Below, in pieces: positions 23,813 through 36,400 of a stretch of 64,000 nucleotides of DNA. The stretch's first letter is position 1; each line of letters opens with the position of its first letter. The notes under the pieces are model-generated. The model saw only the letters and a list, made by a program, of their open reading frames with translations, did not search any database and was not told the DNA's origin. The stretch is from positions 5,022,001 through 5,086,000 of the forward strand of contig JASTWF010000034.1 in the NCBI GenBank assembly GCA_030390025.1. The letters are read 5' to 3'. Source of the stretch: Squalus acanthias. Lineage: Eukaryota. The translations under genes and the position numbers were made by a program.

Positions 23813-23910
23813 ATTGAAGGATCAGCCATGATCTCATTAAATGGCGGAGCAGGCTCGAAGGGCCGGATGGCCTACTCCTGCTCCTATCTTCTATGTATCT
23901 ATGTATCTAT
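21142..23910 (+). mobile_element. 5'-truncated CR1-clade non-LTR retrotransposon (LINE), about 2.77 kb, inserted into a satellite B monomer
   Basis: There is an abrupt switch from satellite to A-rich unique sequence. The element has an APE-EN plus RT ORF, a short 3' UTR with a stem-loop and an 8-bp tandem tail instead of poly(A), all typical of CR1. The flanks rejoin as one monomer: ...GTGTGTTTGTGGGAA|TCTGATTGAGCTCC. Confidence 0.96.
23813..23889 (+). promoter_or_regulatory. CR1 3' UTR with stem-loops (putative RT recognition signal)
   Basis: A perfect 8-bp inverted repeat, GGAGCAGG (23846-23853) / CCTGCTCC (23877-23884), encloses GGCC-GGAT-GGCC (23861-23872). A second stem is GCCAT (23825-23829) / ATGGC (23841-23845). 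The function is inferred from what is known of CR1/L2 3'-end recognition. Confidence 0.8.
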
Positions 23911-23911
23911 G
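23890..23911 (+). repeat. CR1 3' terminal octamer tail (TCTATGTA)x2.75
   Basis: TCTATGTA TCTATGTA TCTATG directly follows the stem-loop. CR1 elements characteristically end in 8-bp repeats. Confidence 0.9.
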
Positions 23912-24603
23912 GAATCTGATTGAGCTCCTGGTCTCTGATCGCACAGTATGTTTGTGGGAGTCTGATTGAGCTCCTGGTCTCCGATCGAACGCTGTGTGTG
24001 TGGGAGTCTGAATGAGCTCCTGGTCTCTGATCGGACAGTGTGTTTGTGGGAGTGTGATTGAGATCCTGTTCTCTGATCGAACACTGTGTGTGTGGGAGTC
24101 TGAATAGGCCACCTGGTCTCTGAAAGAACATTGTGTGTATGGGAGTCTGAATGGGCTCCATGTCTCTGATCAAACAGCTTGTGTGTGGATCTCTGAATAG
24201 GCTCCTAGTCTCTGAACTTACACTGTGTGTTGGGATCTGAATGAGCACCTGGTCTCTGATCTAACAGTGTTTGTGTGGGAGTCTGAATGAGCTCCTGGTC
24301 TCTTATCTAACAGTTTGTGTGTGGGAGTCTGAATGAGCTCCTGGTCTCTGATCTAACAGTGTCTGTGTGGGGGACTGAATGAGCTCCTTGTCTCTGATCT
24401 AACAGTGCGTTTGTGGGAGTCTGAATGTGATCCTGGTCTCTGATCTAACAGTCTGTGTGTGGGAGTCTCAATGGGCTCCTGGTCTCTGATCTAACAGTGT
24501 GTGTGTGGGAGTCTGATTCATCTCCTGGTCTCTGAACTAACACTGTGTGTGTGTGAGTCTTAATGGCTCACTGTCTCTGATCTAACAGTGTGTGTGTGGG
24601 ATT

Positions 24604-27435
24604 CTGAATGAGCTTCTGGTCTCTGATCCAACAGTGTGTTTGTGGGAGTCTGATTGAGCTCCTGGTCTCTGATCGAACACTGTGTGTGTGGGAGTCTGAA
24701 TGAGCTCCTGGTCTCTGATCTAACACTGTGTTTGTGGGAGTCTCATTGAGCTCCTGGTCTCTGATCTAACATTGTGTTTGTGGGAGTCTGATTGAACTCC
24801 TGGTCTCTGATCGAACACTGTGTGTTTGGGAGTATGAATGAGCTCCTGGTCTCTGATCTAACACTGGGTGTGTGGGAGTTTCAATGGGCTCCTGGTCTCT
24901 GATCTAACAGTGTGCGTGAGTCTGAATGGGCTCATTGTCTCTGATCTAACAGTGTGAGTGTGGGAGTCTGAATGGGCTCCTGGTCTCTGATCTTACAGTA
25001 TGTTTGTGGGAGTCTGATTGAGCTCCTGTTCTCTGATCGACCACTGTGTTTGTGGGAGACTGAATGAGCTCCTGGTTTCTGATCTAACAGTGGATGTGTG
25101 GGAGTCTGAATGGGCTCCTGGTCTCTGATCTAACAGTTTGTGTGTGCGAGTCTAAATCAGCTCCTCTTCTCTGATCTAACAGTGTGTTTGTGGGAGTCTG
25201 AATAGGCTCCTTATCTCTGAATGAAGATTGTGTGTTTGGGTGTCTGAATGAGCTCCATGATTCTGATGAAACAGTTTGTGTGTGGATCTCTGAATAGGCT
25301 CCTAGCCTCTCATATTACACTGTGTGTTGGGATCTGAATGAGTTCCTGTTCTCTGATCTAACAGTGTTTGTGTGGGAGTCTGAATGAGACCCTGGTCTCT
25401 GATCTAACAGTTTGTGTGTGGGAGTCTGAATCAGCTCCAGGTCTCTGATCTAACAGTGTGTGTGGGGGTCTGAATGAGCTCCTGCTCTCTGATCTAACAG
25501 TGTGTTTGTTGGAGTCTGAAAGGTCTCCTTGCCTCTGATGTAACATTTTGTGTGTGGGACTCTGAATGGGCTATTGGTCTCTGATCTAACAGTGTGTTTG
25601 TGGGAGTCTGAATGTGCTCCTGCTCTCTAATCGAACAGTGTTTGTGTGGGAGTCTGAATGGGCTCCTGGTCTCTGATCTAACATTGTCTGTGTGGGAGTT
25701 TGAATGGACTCCTGGTTTCTGATCTAACAGTGTGTGTGTGGGCGTCTAAATGGGCTTTTGGTCTCTGATCAAACATTGTGTGTGTGGGTGTAAGAAAGGG
25801 CTCCTGGTCCCTGATTTAACAGTGTGTGTGTGGAAGTCTGAATGAGCTCCTGGTCTCTGATCCAACAGTGTGTGTTTGGGAGTCTGAATGTGCTCCTGGC
25901 CTCAAAAACTAACAGTGTATGTGTTGGAGTCTGAATGAGCTCCTGGTCACTGAAATAACAGTGTGTGTGTAGGAGTCCGAATGGGCTCCTGGTCTCTGAT
26001 CTAACAGTGTGTGTGTGGGAGACTGAATGAGCTTCTGGTCTCTGATCCAACAGTGTGTTTGTGGGAGTCTGATTGAGCTCCTGGTCTCTGATCGAACACT
26101 GTGTGTGTGGGAGTCTGAATGAGCTCCTGGTCTCTGATCTAACACTGTGTTTGTGGGAGTCTCATTGAGCTCCTGGTCTCTGATCTAACATTGTGTTTGT
26201 GGGAGTCTGATTGAACTCCTGGTCTCTGATCGAACACTGTGTGTTTGGGAGTATGAATGAGCTCCTGGTCTCTGATCTAACACTGGGTGTGTGGGAGTTT
26301 CAATGGGCTCCTGGTCTCTGATCTAACAGTGTGTGTGAGTCTGAATGGGCTCATTGTCTCTGATCTAACAGTGTGAGTGTGGGAGTCTGAATGGGCTCCT
26401 GGTCTCTGATCTTACAGTATGTTTGTGGGAGTCTGATTGAGCTCCTGTTCTCTGATCGACCACTGTGTTTGTGGGAGACTGAATGAGCTCCTGGTTTCTG
26501 ATCTAACAGTGGATGTGTGGGAGTCTGAATGGGCTCCTGGTCTCTGATCTAACAGTTTGTGTGTGCGAGTCTAAATCAGCTCCTCTTCTCTGATCTAACA
26601 GTGTGTTTGTGGGAGTCTGAATAGGCTCCTTATCTCTGAATGAAGATTGTGTGTTTGGGTGTCTGAATGAGCTCCATGATTCTGATGAAACAGTTTGTGT
26701 GTGGATCTCTGAATAGGCTCCTAGCCTCTCATATTACACTGTGTGTTGGGATCTGAATGAGTTCCTGTTCTCTGATCTAACAGTGTTTGTGTGGGAGTCT
26801 GAATGAGACCCTGGTCTCTGATCTAACAGTTTGTGTGTGGGAGTCTGAATCAGCTCCAGGTCTCTGATCTAACAGTGTGTTTGGGGGTCTGAATGAGCTC
26901 CTGCTCTCTGATCTAACAGTGTGTTTGTTGGAGTCTGAAAGGTCTCCTTGCCTCTGATGTAACATTTTGTGTGTGGGACTCTGAATGGGCTATTGGTCTC
27001 TGATCTAACAGTGTGTTTGTGGGAGTCTGAATGTGCTCCTGCTCTCTAATCGAACAGTGTTTGTGTGGGAGTCTGAATGGGCTCCTGGTCTCTGATCTAA
27101 CATTGTCTGTGTGGGAGTTTGAATGGACTCCTGGTTTCTGATCTAACAGTGTGTGTGTGGGCGTCTAAATGGGCTTTTGGTCTCTGATCAAACATTGTGT
27201 GTGTGGGTGTAAGAAAGGGCTCCTGGTCCCTGATTTAACAGTGTGTGTGTGGAAGTCTGAATGAGCTCCTGGTCTCTGATCCAACAGTGTGTGTTTGGGA
27301 GTCTGAATGTGCTCCTGGCCTCAAAAACTAACAGTGTATGTGTTGGAGTCTGAATGAGCTCCTGGTCACTGAAATAACAGTGTGTGTGTAGGAGTCCGAA
27401 TGGGCTCCTGGTCTCTGATCTAACAGTGTGTGTGT
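24604..27435. repeat. Near-perfect 1419-bp tandem duplication in array B (~31 monomers)
   Basis: Matching sequence starts at 24604 and 26023. ORF pairs 25358/26777 and 25769/27188 are 1419 apart. The rare variant GGCCTCAAAAACTAAC is present in both copies. Confidence 0.9.
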
Positions 27436-30400
27436 TGGTGTCTGAATGGGCTCCTGGACTCTGATCTAACAGTGTGTGTGGGGGAGACTGAATGGGCTCC
27501 TGGTCTCTGATCATACAGTGTGTGTGTGGGGGTCTGAATAGGCCCTGGTCTCTGATGTAACAGTGTGTGTGTGTGAGTCTGAATGGGCTCCTGGTCCCTG
27601 ATCTAACAGTGTGTGTGTGGGAGTCTGAATGGGCTCCTGGCCTCTGATCATACAGTGTGTGTGTGGGGGTCTGAATAGGCTCCTGGTCTCTGATGTAACA
27701 GTGTGTGTGTGTGAGTCTGAATGGGCTCCTGGTCTCTGATCTAACAGTGTGTGTGTAGGAGTCCGAATGGGCTCCTGGTCTCTGATCTAACAGTGTGTGT
27801 GTGGGAGTCTGAATGGGCTCCTGGTCTCTGATCTAACAGTGTGTGTGTAGGAGTCCGAATGGGCTCCTGGTCTCTGATCGAACAGTGTGTGTGTAGGAGT
27901 CCGAATGGGCTCCTGGTCTCTGATCTAACAGTGTGAGTGTTGGAGTCTGAATGAGCTCCTGCTCTCTGATCTAACAGTGTGTGTGTCGGAGTCTAAATGA
28001 GCCCCGGTTCTCTGATCCAACAGTGTATGTGAGGGAGTCTGAATGGGCTCTCGGTCTTTGATATAACAGTGTTTGTGTGGCTGCCTGAATGAGTTTTTGG
28101 TCTCTGATCTAACAGTGTGTGTGTGGGAGTCTGAATGGGCTCCTGGCCTCTGATCATACAGTGTGTGTGTGGGGGTCTGAATAGGCCCTGGTCTCTGATG
28201 TAACAGTGTGTGTGTGTGAGTCTGAATGGGCTCCTGGTCCCTGATCTAACAGTGTGTGTGTGGGAGTCTGAATGGGCTCCTGGCCTCTGATCATACAGTG
28301 TGTGTGTGGGGGTCTGAATAGGCCCTGGTCTCTGATGTAACAGTGTGTGTGTGTGAGTCTGAATGGGCTCCTGGTCCCTGATCTAACAGTGTGTGTGTGG
28401 GAGTCTGAATGGGCTCCTGGCCTCTGATCATACAGTGTGTGTGTGGGGGTCTGAATAGGCTCCTGGTCTCTGATCTAACAGTGTGTGTGTGTGAGTCTGA
28501 ATGGGCTCCTGGTCTCTGATCTAACAGTGTGTGTGTAGGAGTCAGAATGGGCTCCTGGTCTCTGATCTAACAGTGTGTGTGTGGGAGTCTGAATGGGCTC
28601 CTGGTCTCTGATCTAACAGTGTGTGTGTAGGAGTCCGAATGGGCTCCTGGCCTCTGATCATACAGTGTGTGTGTGGGGGTCTGAATAGGCTCCTGGTCTC
28701 GGATGTAACAGTGTGTTTGTGCGAGTCTGAAAGGGCTCCTGGTCTCTGATCAAACAGTGGGTGTGTGGGGGTCTGAATAGGCCCTGGTCTCTGATGTAAC
28801 AGTGTGTGTGTGTGAGTCTGAATGGGCTCCTGGTCCCTGATCTAACAGTGTGTGTGTGGGAGTCTGAATGGGCTCCTGGCCTCTGATCATACAGTGTGTG
28901 TGTGGGGGTCTGAATAGGCTCCTGGTCTCGGATGTAACAGTGTGTTTGTGCGAGTCTGAAAGGGCTCCTGGTCTCTGATCAAACAGTGGGTGTGGCAGTC
29001 TGAATGGGCTCCTGGTCTCTGATCTAACAGTGTGTGTGGGAATCTGAATGGGCTCCTGGTTTCTGATCTAACAGTGTATCTGTTGGAGTCTGAATGAGCT
29101 CCTGGTCACTGAAATAACAGTGTGGGTGTAGGGGTCCGAATGGGCTCCTGGTCTCTGATCTAACAGTGTGTGTGTTGGAGTTTGAATGGACTCCTGGTTT
29201 CTGATCTAACAGTGTGTGTGTGGGCGTCTAAATGGGCAATTGGTCTCTGATCAAACACTGTGTGTGTGGGTGTCAGAAAGGGCTCCTGGACCCTGATTTA
29301 ACAGTGTGTGTGTGTAAGTCTGAATGAGCTCCTGGTCTCTGATCCATCAGTGTGTGTTTGGGAGTCTGAATGGGCTCCTGGTCTCATATCTAACAGTGTA
29401 TGTGTTGGAGTCTGAATGAGCTCCTGGTCACTGAAATAACAGTGTGTGTGTAGGAGTCCGAATGGGTCCTGGTCTCTGATCTAACAGTGTGTGTTTGGGA
29501 GTCTGAATGAGATGCTGGTCTCTGATCCAAGAGTATATGTGTGGTTGTCTGAATGAGCTCCTGGTCTCTGATCTAACAGTGTGTGTGTGGGAATCTGAAT
29601 TGTCTCCTGGTTTCTGATCTAACAGTGTATGTGTTGGAGTCTGAATGAGCTTTTGGTCACTGAAATAACAATGCGTGTGTAGGAGTCCGAATGGGCTCCT
29701 GGTCTCTGATCTAACAGTGTGTGTGTTGCTGTCTGAATGGGCTCCTGGACTCTGATCTAACAGTGTGTGTCTGGGAATCTGAATGGGCTCCTGGTTTCTG
29801 ATATAACAGTGTGTGTGTAGGAGTCTGAATGGGCTCCTGGTCTCAGATTTAACAGTGTGATTGTGGGAGTGTGAATGGGCTCCTGATCTCTGATAAAACA
29901 ATGGGTGTGTTGGAGTCTGAATGAGCTCCTGGTATCTAATCTAACAGTGTTTGTGGGAGTCTGATTTAGCTGCTGGTCTCTGATCGAACAGGGTGTTTGT
30001 GGATGTCTGAATGAGATGCTGGTCTCTGATCCAAGAGTATATGTGTGGTAGTCTTAATGAGCTCCTGGTCTCTGATCTAACAGAGTGTGTATGTGTGTGA
30101 ATCTGCATGCGCTCCTGGTCTCCGATCGAACAGAGTTTGTGAGGAGCATGAATGAGCTCCTGGTCTCTGATCTAACAGTCTGTGTGCGTGGATCTCTGAA
30201 TGGGCTCCTAGTCTCTGATCCATCAGTGTGTGTTTGGGAGTCTGAATGGTTCCCCTGGTCTCTTATCTGACAGTGTATGTGTTGGAGTCTGAATGGTCTC
30301 CTGGTGTCTATTCTAACACTGTGTGCTTAGGAGTCTGAATGTGCTCCTGGTCACTTTTCTAACAGTGTGTGTGTGGGAGTCTGTATTAGCTCCTGATCTC

Positions 30401-33400
30401 TGATCTAACAGTGTGTTTGTGGGAGTCTGATTGGGCTCCTGCTCTCTGATTTAACAGTATGTGTGTGGTAGTCTGAATGTGCTCCTGGTCTCTGATCAAA
30501 CAGTGTCTGTGTGGGAGTCTGAAAGCGATCGTCCTCTCTTTTCTAACCGTGGGAATGTGAATGAGATGCTGGTCTCTGATCCAAGAGTATATGTGTGTAA
30601 ATCTGAATGGGCTCCTGGTCTCTGATCGAACAGGGTGTGTTTTGGTCTCTGAATGAGCTCCTGGTGTCTGATCTAACAGTTTGTGTGTGGGACGCTGAAT
30701 GAGCTCCTGGTCTCTGATCTAATAGTGTGTCTGTGGATGTCTGAATTGGCTCCTGGTCTGTGATCTAACACTGTGTGTGTGGGAGTCTGAATGAGCTCCT
30801 GGTCTCTGATCTAACAGTGTGTTTGTGGGAGTCTGAAAGGGCTCCTTGCCTCGGATGTAAAATTTTGTGCGTGGGAATCTGAATTGGCTCCTGGTGTCTA
30901 TTCTAACACTGTGTGTGTGGGAGTCTGAATGAGTTCCTGGTCTCTGTTCTGACAGTGTGTTTGTGGGAGTCTGAATGGGTTCCTGGTCTCTGATCTAACA
31001 ATGTTTGTATGGGAGTTAGAATGTGCTCCTGGTCTGTGATCTAACAGTGTGTGTGCGTGAGTCTGAATGTGCTCCTGGTATCTGATCTAACAGTGCTTGT
31101 GTGGGAGTCTGAATAGGCCGCTGCTCTCTTATCTACCACTGTATGTGTTGGAGTCTAAATAGGCTGCAGGTCTCTGATTCATCAGTGTATGTGTTGGAGT
31201 CTGAATGGGTCCCTGGTCTCTGATCCAACAGTGTGTGTGTGGGAGACTGCATTTGCTCCAGATCTCTGATCTAACAGTGTGTTTGTGGGAGTCTGAATGA
31301 GCCCCTGGTCTCTGATTTAACAGTATTTGTGTGGGAGTCTGCATGGATTCCTGGTCTCCGATCTAACAGTGTGTGTGTGGGAATCTGAATGGGCTCCTGC
31401 TCTCTTATTTACCAGTATGTCTGCGGGAGACTGAATGAGCTCCTGGCCTCTGCTCTAACAGTATGTGTGTGGGAGTCTGAATGTGCTCCTGGTGTCTGAT
31501 CTAACAGTGTGTGTGTGGGAGTTTGAATGATCTCCTGGTCTCTGAATTAACCGTATGTGTGTGGGAGTCTGAATGGGCTCCTGGTCTCTGATCTAACAGT
31601 GTGTGTGTGGGAGTCTGAATGGGCTCGTGGTCGCTTATCTTTCAGTGTGTGTGTGGAAGTCTGAATGGCCCCCTGATCTCTGATAAAACAGTGGGTGTGT
31701 TGGAGTCTGAATAGGCTCCTGGTCTCTAATCTAACAGTGTTTGTGGGAGTCTGAATGTGATGCTGATCTCTGATCTAACAGGTTGTTTGTGGTAGTCTGA
31801 ATGTGATGCTGGTCTCTGATCCAAGAGTATATGTGTGGTAGTCTGAATTAGCTCCTGGTCTCTGATCGAACAGTGTGTGTGTGTTAATCTGTATGCGCCC
31901 CTGGTCTCTGATGGAACAGAGTTTGTGTGGGAGTATGAATGAGCTCCTGGTCTCTGATCTAACAGTGTGTGTGTGGATCTCTGAATGGGATCCTAGTCTC
32001 TGATCTTACACTGTGTGTGTTGGGATCTGAATGAGCTCCTGGTCTCTGATCTAACAGTGTGTGTGTAGGAGTCTGAAAGATTTTCTTATCTCTAATCTAA
32101 CAGTGTTTGTGTGGGAGTCTGAATGGTCTCCTGGTCTCTGATCGAACAGTGTGTGTGGGAGTCTGAATTAGCTACTGGTCTCTGATCTAACAGTGGATAT
32201 GTGGGATTCTGAATGAGATGCTGGTCTCTAATCCAAGAGTATATGTGTTGCAGTCGGAATTAGCTCCTAGTCTAGATCCAACAGTGTGTGTGTGTAAATC
32301 TGAATGCGCTCCTCGTCTCTGATCGAACAGTGAGTGTGTGGGAGTCTGAATGGGCTCCTGGTCTCTGATCTAACAGTGTGTGTGTGGGAGTCTGAATGAG
32401 CTCCTCTTCTCTGATCTAACAGTGTGTTTGTGGAAGTCTGAATGGGCCCCTGGTCTCTGATATAACAGTGTGTGTGTGGGAGTCTGAATTAGCTCCTGCT
32501 TCCTGAATGAACATTGTGTGTGTGGGAGTCTGAATGAGATCCTGGTCTCTGATCTAACAGTGTGTTTGTGGGAGTCTGAATGAGCTCCAAGTCTCCGATC
32601 TAACAGTATATGTGTGGGATTCTGAATGAGCTCCAAGTCTCCGTTCTAACATTGCTTGTGTGGGTGTCTGAAGGGACTCCTGGTCTCTGATCAAACAGTG
32701 AGTGTGGCAGTCTGAATGGGCTCCTGGTCTCTTATCTAACAGTGTGTGTATGGGAATATGAATGGGCTCCTGTTCTCTGATCTAACAGTGTGTGTGTGGG
32801 AGTTTGAATGATCTCCTGGTCTCTGAATTAACCGTGTGTGTGTGGGAGTCTGAATGGGCTCCTGGTCTCTGATCTAACAGTGTGTGTGTGGGCGTCTGAA
32901 TGGCCCCCTGATCTCTGATAAAACAGTGGGTGTGTTGGAGTCTGAATAGGCTCCTGGTCTCTAATCTAACAGTGTTTGTGGGAGTCTGAATTAGCTACTG
33001 ATCTCTGATGTAACAGGTTGTTTGTGGTAGTCTGAATGTGATGCTGGTCTCTGATCCAAGAGTATATGTGTGGTAGTCTGAATGAGCTCCTGGTCTCTGA
33101 TCGAACAGAGTTTGTGTGGGAGTATGAATGAGCTCCTGGTCTCTGATCTAACAGTGTGTGTGTGTGAATCTGTATGCGCCCCTGGTCTCTGATCGAACAG
33201 AGTTTGTGTGGGAGTATGAATGAGCTCCTGTTCTCTGATCTAACAGTGTGTGTGTGGATCTCTGAATGGGATCTTAGTCTCTGATCTTACACTGTGTGTG
33301 TTGGGATCTGAATGAGCTCCGGGTCTCTGATCTAACAGTGTGTGTGTAGGAGTCTGAATGATTTTCTTATCTCTAATCTAACAGTGTTTGTGTGGGAGTC

Positions 33401-36400
33401 TGAATGGGCTCCTGGTCTCTGATCTAACAGTGTGTGTGTTGGAGTCTGAATGTGCTCCTGTTCACTTTTCTACCAGTGTGTGTGTGGGAGTCTGAATTAG
33501 CTCCTGAACTCTGATCTAACAGTGTGTTTGTGCGTGTCAGAATGAGCCCCTGGTCTCTGATTTAACAGTGTGTGTGTGGGAGTCTGATTGGGCTCCTGCT
33601 CTCTGATTTAACAGTATGTATGCGGGAGACTGAATGAGCTCCTGGCCTCTGATACAACGGTATGCGTGTGGGAGTCTGAATGGGCTCCTGGTCTCTGATC
33701 TAACAGTGTGTGTGTGGTATTCTGAAAGTGCTCCTGGTCTCTGATCTAACATTGTATGTGTGGGTGTCTGAATGAGCTCCAAGTCTCTGATCTAACATTG
33801 TATGTGTGGGTGTCTGAAGGGACTCCTGGTCTCTGATCAAACAGTGAGTGTGGCAGTCTGAATGGGCTCCTGGTCTCTTATCTAACATTGTGTGTGTGGG
33901 AGTTTGAATGATCTTATGGTCTCTGAATTAACCGTGTGTGTGTGGGAGTCTGAATGGGCTCCTGGTCTCTGATCTAACAGTGTGTGTGTGGTAGTCTGAA
34001 TGGGCTCCTGGTCGCTTATCTTTCAGTGTGTGTGTGGGAGTCTGAATGGCCCCCTGATCTCTGATAAAACAGTGGGTGTGTTGTAGTCTGAATAGGCTCG
34101 TGGTCTCTAATCTAACAGTGTTTGTGGGAGTCTGAATTAGCTACTGATCTCTGATCTAACATGTTGTTTGTGGGAGTCTGAATGTGATGCTGGTCTCTGA
34201 TCCAAGAGTATATGTGTGGTAGTCTGAATGAGCTCCTGGTCTCTGATCGAAGAGAGTTTGTGTGGGAGTATGAATGAGCTCCTGGTCTCTGATCTAACAG
34301 TGTGTGTGTGTGAATCTGTATGCGCCCCTGGTCTCTGATCGAACAGAGTTTGTGTGGATCTCTGAATGGGATCCTAGTCTCTGATCTTACACTGTGTGTG
34401 TTGGGATCTGAATGAGCTCCTGGTCTCTGATCTAACAGTGTGTGTGTAGGAGTCTGAATGATTTTCTTATCTCTAATGTAACAGTGTTTGTGTGGGAGTC
34501 TGAATGGGCTCCTGGTCTCTGATCTAACAGTGTGTGTGTTGGAGTCTGAATAGGCTCCTGGTCTCTAATCTAACAGTGTGTGTGGGAGTCGGAATTAGCT
34601 ACTGGTCTCTGATCTAACAGTGGATATGTGGGATTCTGAATGAGATGCTGGTCTCTAATCCAAGAGTATATGTGTGGTAGTCGGAATGAGCTCCTGGTCT
34701 CTGATCCAACAGTGCGTGTGTGTAAATCTGAATGCGCTCCTCGTCTCTGATCGAACAGAGTGTGTGTGGGAGAATGAATGAGCTCCTGAACTCTGATCTA
34801 ACAGTGTGTGTTGGGCAGTCCGAATGAGCTCCTGCTCTCTGATCTAAAAGTTTGTGTGTGGGAGTCTGAATGAGCTCCTGGTCCCTGATCTGACAGTGTT
34901 TCTGTGGGAGTCTGAACTGGCTCCTGGTCTGTGATCTAACATTGTGTGTGAGAGTCTGAATGAGCTCCTGGTGTCTGATCTAACACTGTGTCTGTGGGAG
35001 TCTGAAAGGGCTCCTTGTCTCTGATGTAACATTTTGTGCGTGGGATTCTGAATGGGCTCCTGGTGTCTATTCTAACACTGTGTGCTTGGGAGTCTGAATG
35101 TGCTGCTGGTCACTTTTCTAACAGTGTGTGTGTGGGAGTCTGAATTAGCTCCTGATCTCTGATCTAACAGTGTGTTTGTGCGTGTCTGAATGAGCCCCTG
35201 GTCTCTGATTTAACAATGTGTGTGTGGGAGTCTGATTGGGCTCCTGCTCTCTGATTTAACAGTATGTATGCGGGAGACTGAATGAGCTCCTGGCCTCTGA
35301 TCTAACAGTGTGTGTGTGGTAGTCTGAATGTGCTCCTGGTCTCTGATCAAACAGTGTCTGTGTGGGAGTCTGAATGAGAACGTCCTCTCTTTTCTAACCG
35401 TGTGTGTGTGGGAGTCTGAATGGGCTCCTGTTCTCTGATCTAACAGTGTGTGTGTGGGAACCTGAATGGGTCCTTGGTCTCTGATCTAACAGTGTGTGTG
35501 TGGGAGTCTGATTGAGCTCCTGGTCTCTGATCGAGCACTGTGTGTGTGGGAGTCTGAATGAGCTCCTGGTTTCTGATCGAACAGTGGATGTGTGGGAGTC
35601 TGAATGGGCTCCTGGCCTCTGATTTAACAGTGTGTTAGTGGGAGTCTCATTGAGCTGCTGGTCTCTGAACTAACAGTGCGTTTGTGGGAGTCTGATTGAA
35701 CTCCTGGTCTCTGATCAAACACCGTGTGTGTGGGATCTGAATGAGCTCCTGGTCTCAGATCTAACAGTGTTTTTGCGGGAGTCTGAAAGGGCTCCTGTTC
35801 TCTGATGTAGCATTGTGTGTGTGGTTGTCTGAATGATGTCCTGGTCTCTGAATGAAGATTGTTTGTTTTGGAGTCTGAATGGGCACCATGTTTCTGATCA
35901 AACAGTTTGTGTGTGGATCTCTGAATGGGCTCCTAGTCTCTGATATTACACTGCGTGTTGGGATCTGAATGACCTCCTGGTCTCTGATGTAACAATCTTT
36001 GTTTGTGGGAGTCTGAAAGGGCTCCTTGCCTCTGATATAGCATTTTGTGTGTGGGATTCTGAATGTGCTATTGGTCTCTGATCTAACATTGTGTGTGTGG
36101 GAGTTTGAATGTGCTCCTGATCTCTGTTCTAACAGTGTGTTTGTGGGAGTCTGAATGGGCTCCTGGTCTCTGATCCATCTGTGTGTGTTTGGAAGTCTGA
36201 ATGGGCTCCTGTTCTCATATCTAACAGTGTATGTGTTGGAGTCTGAATGAGCTCCTGGTCACTGAAATAACAGTGTGTGTGTAGGAGTCCGAATTGGCTC
36301 CAGGTCTCTGATCTCACAGTGTGTGTGCTGGAGTCTGAATGGGTTCCTGGACTCTGATCGAACAGTGTGTGTTTGGGAGTCCGAATGGGCTACTGGTCAC

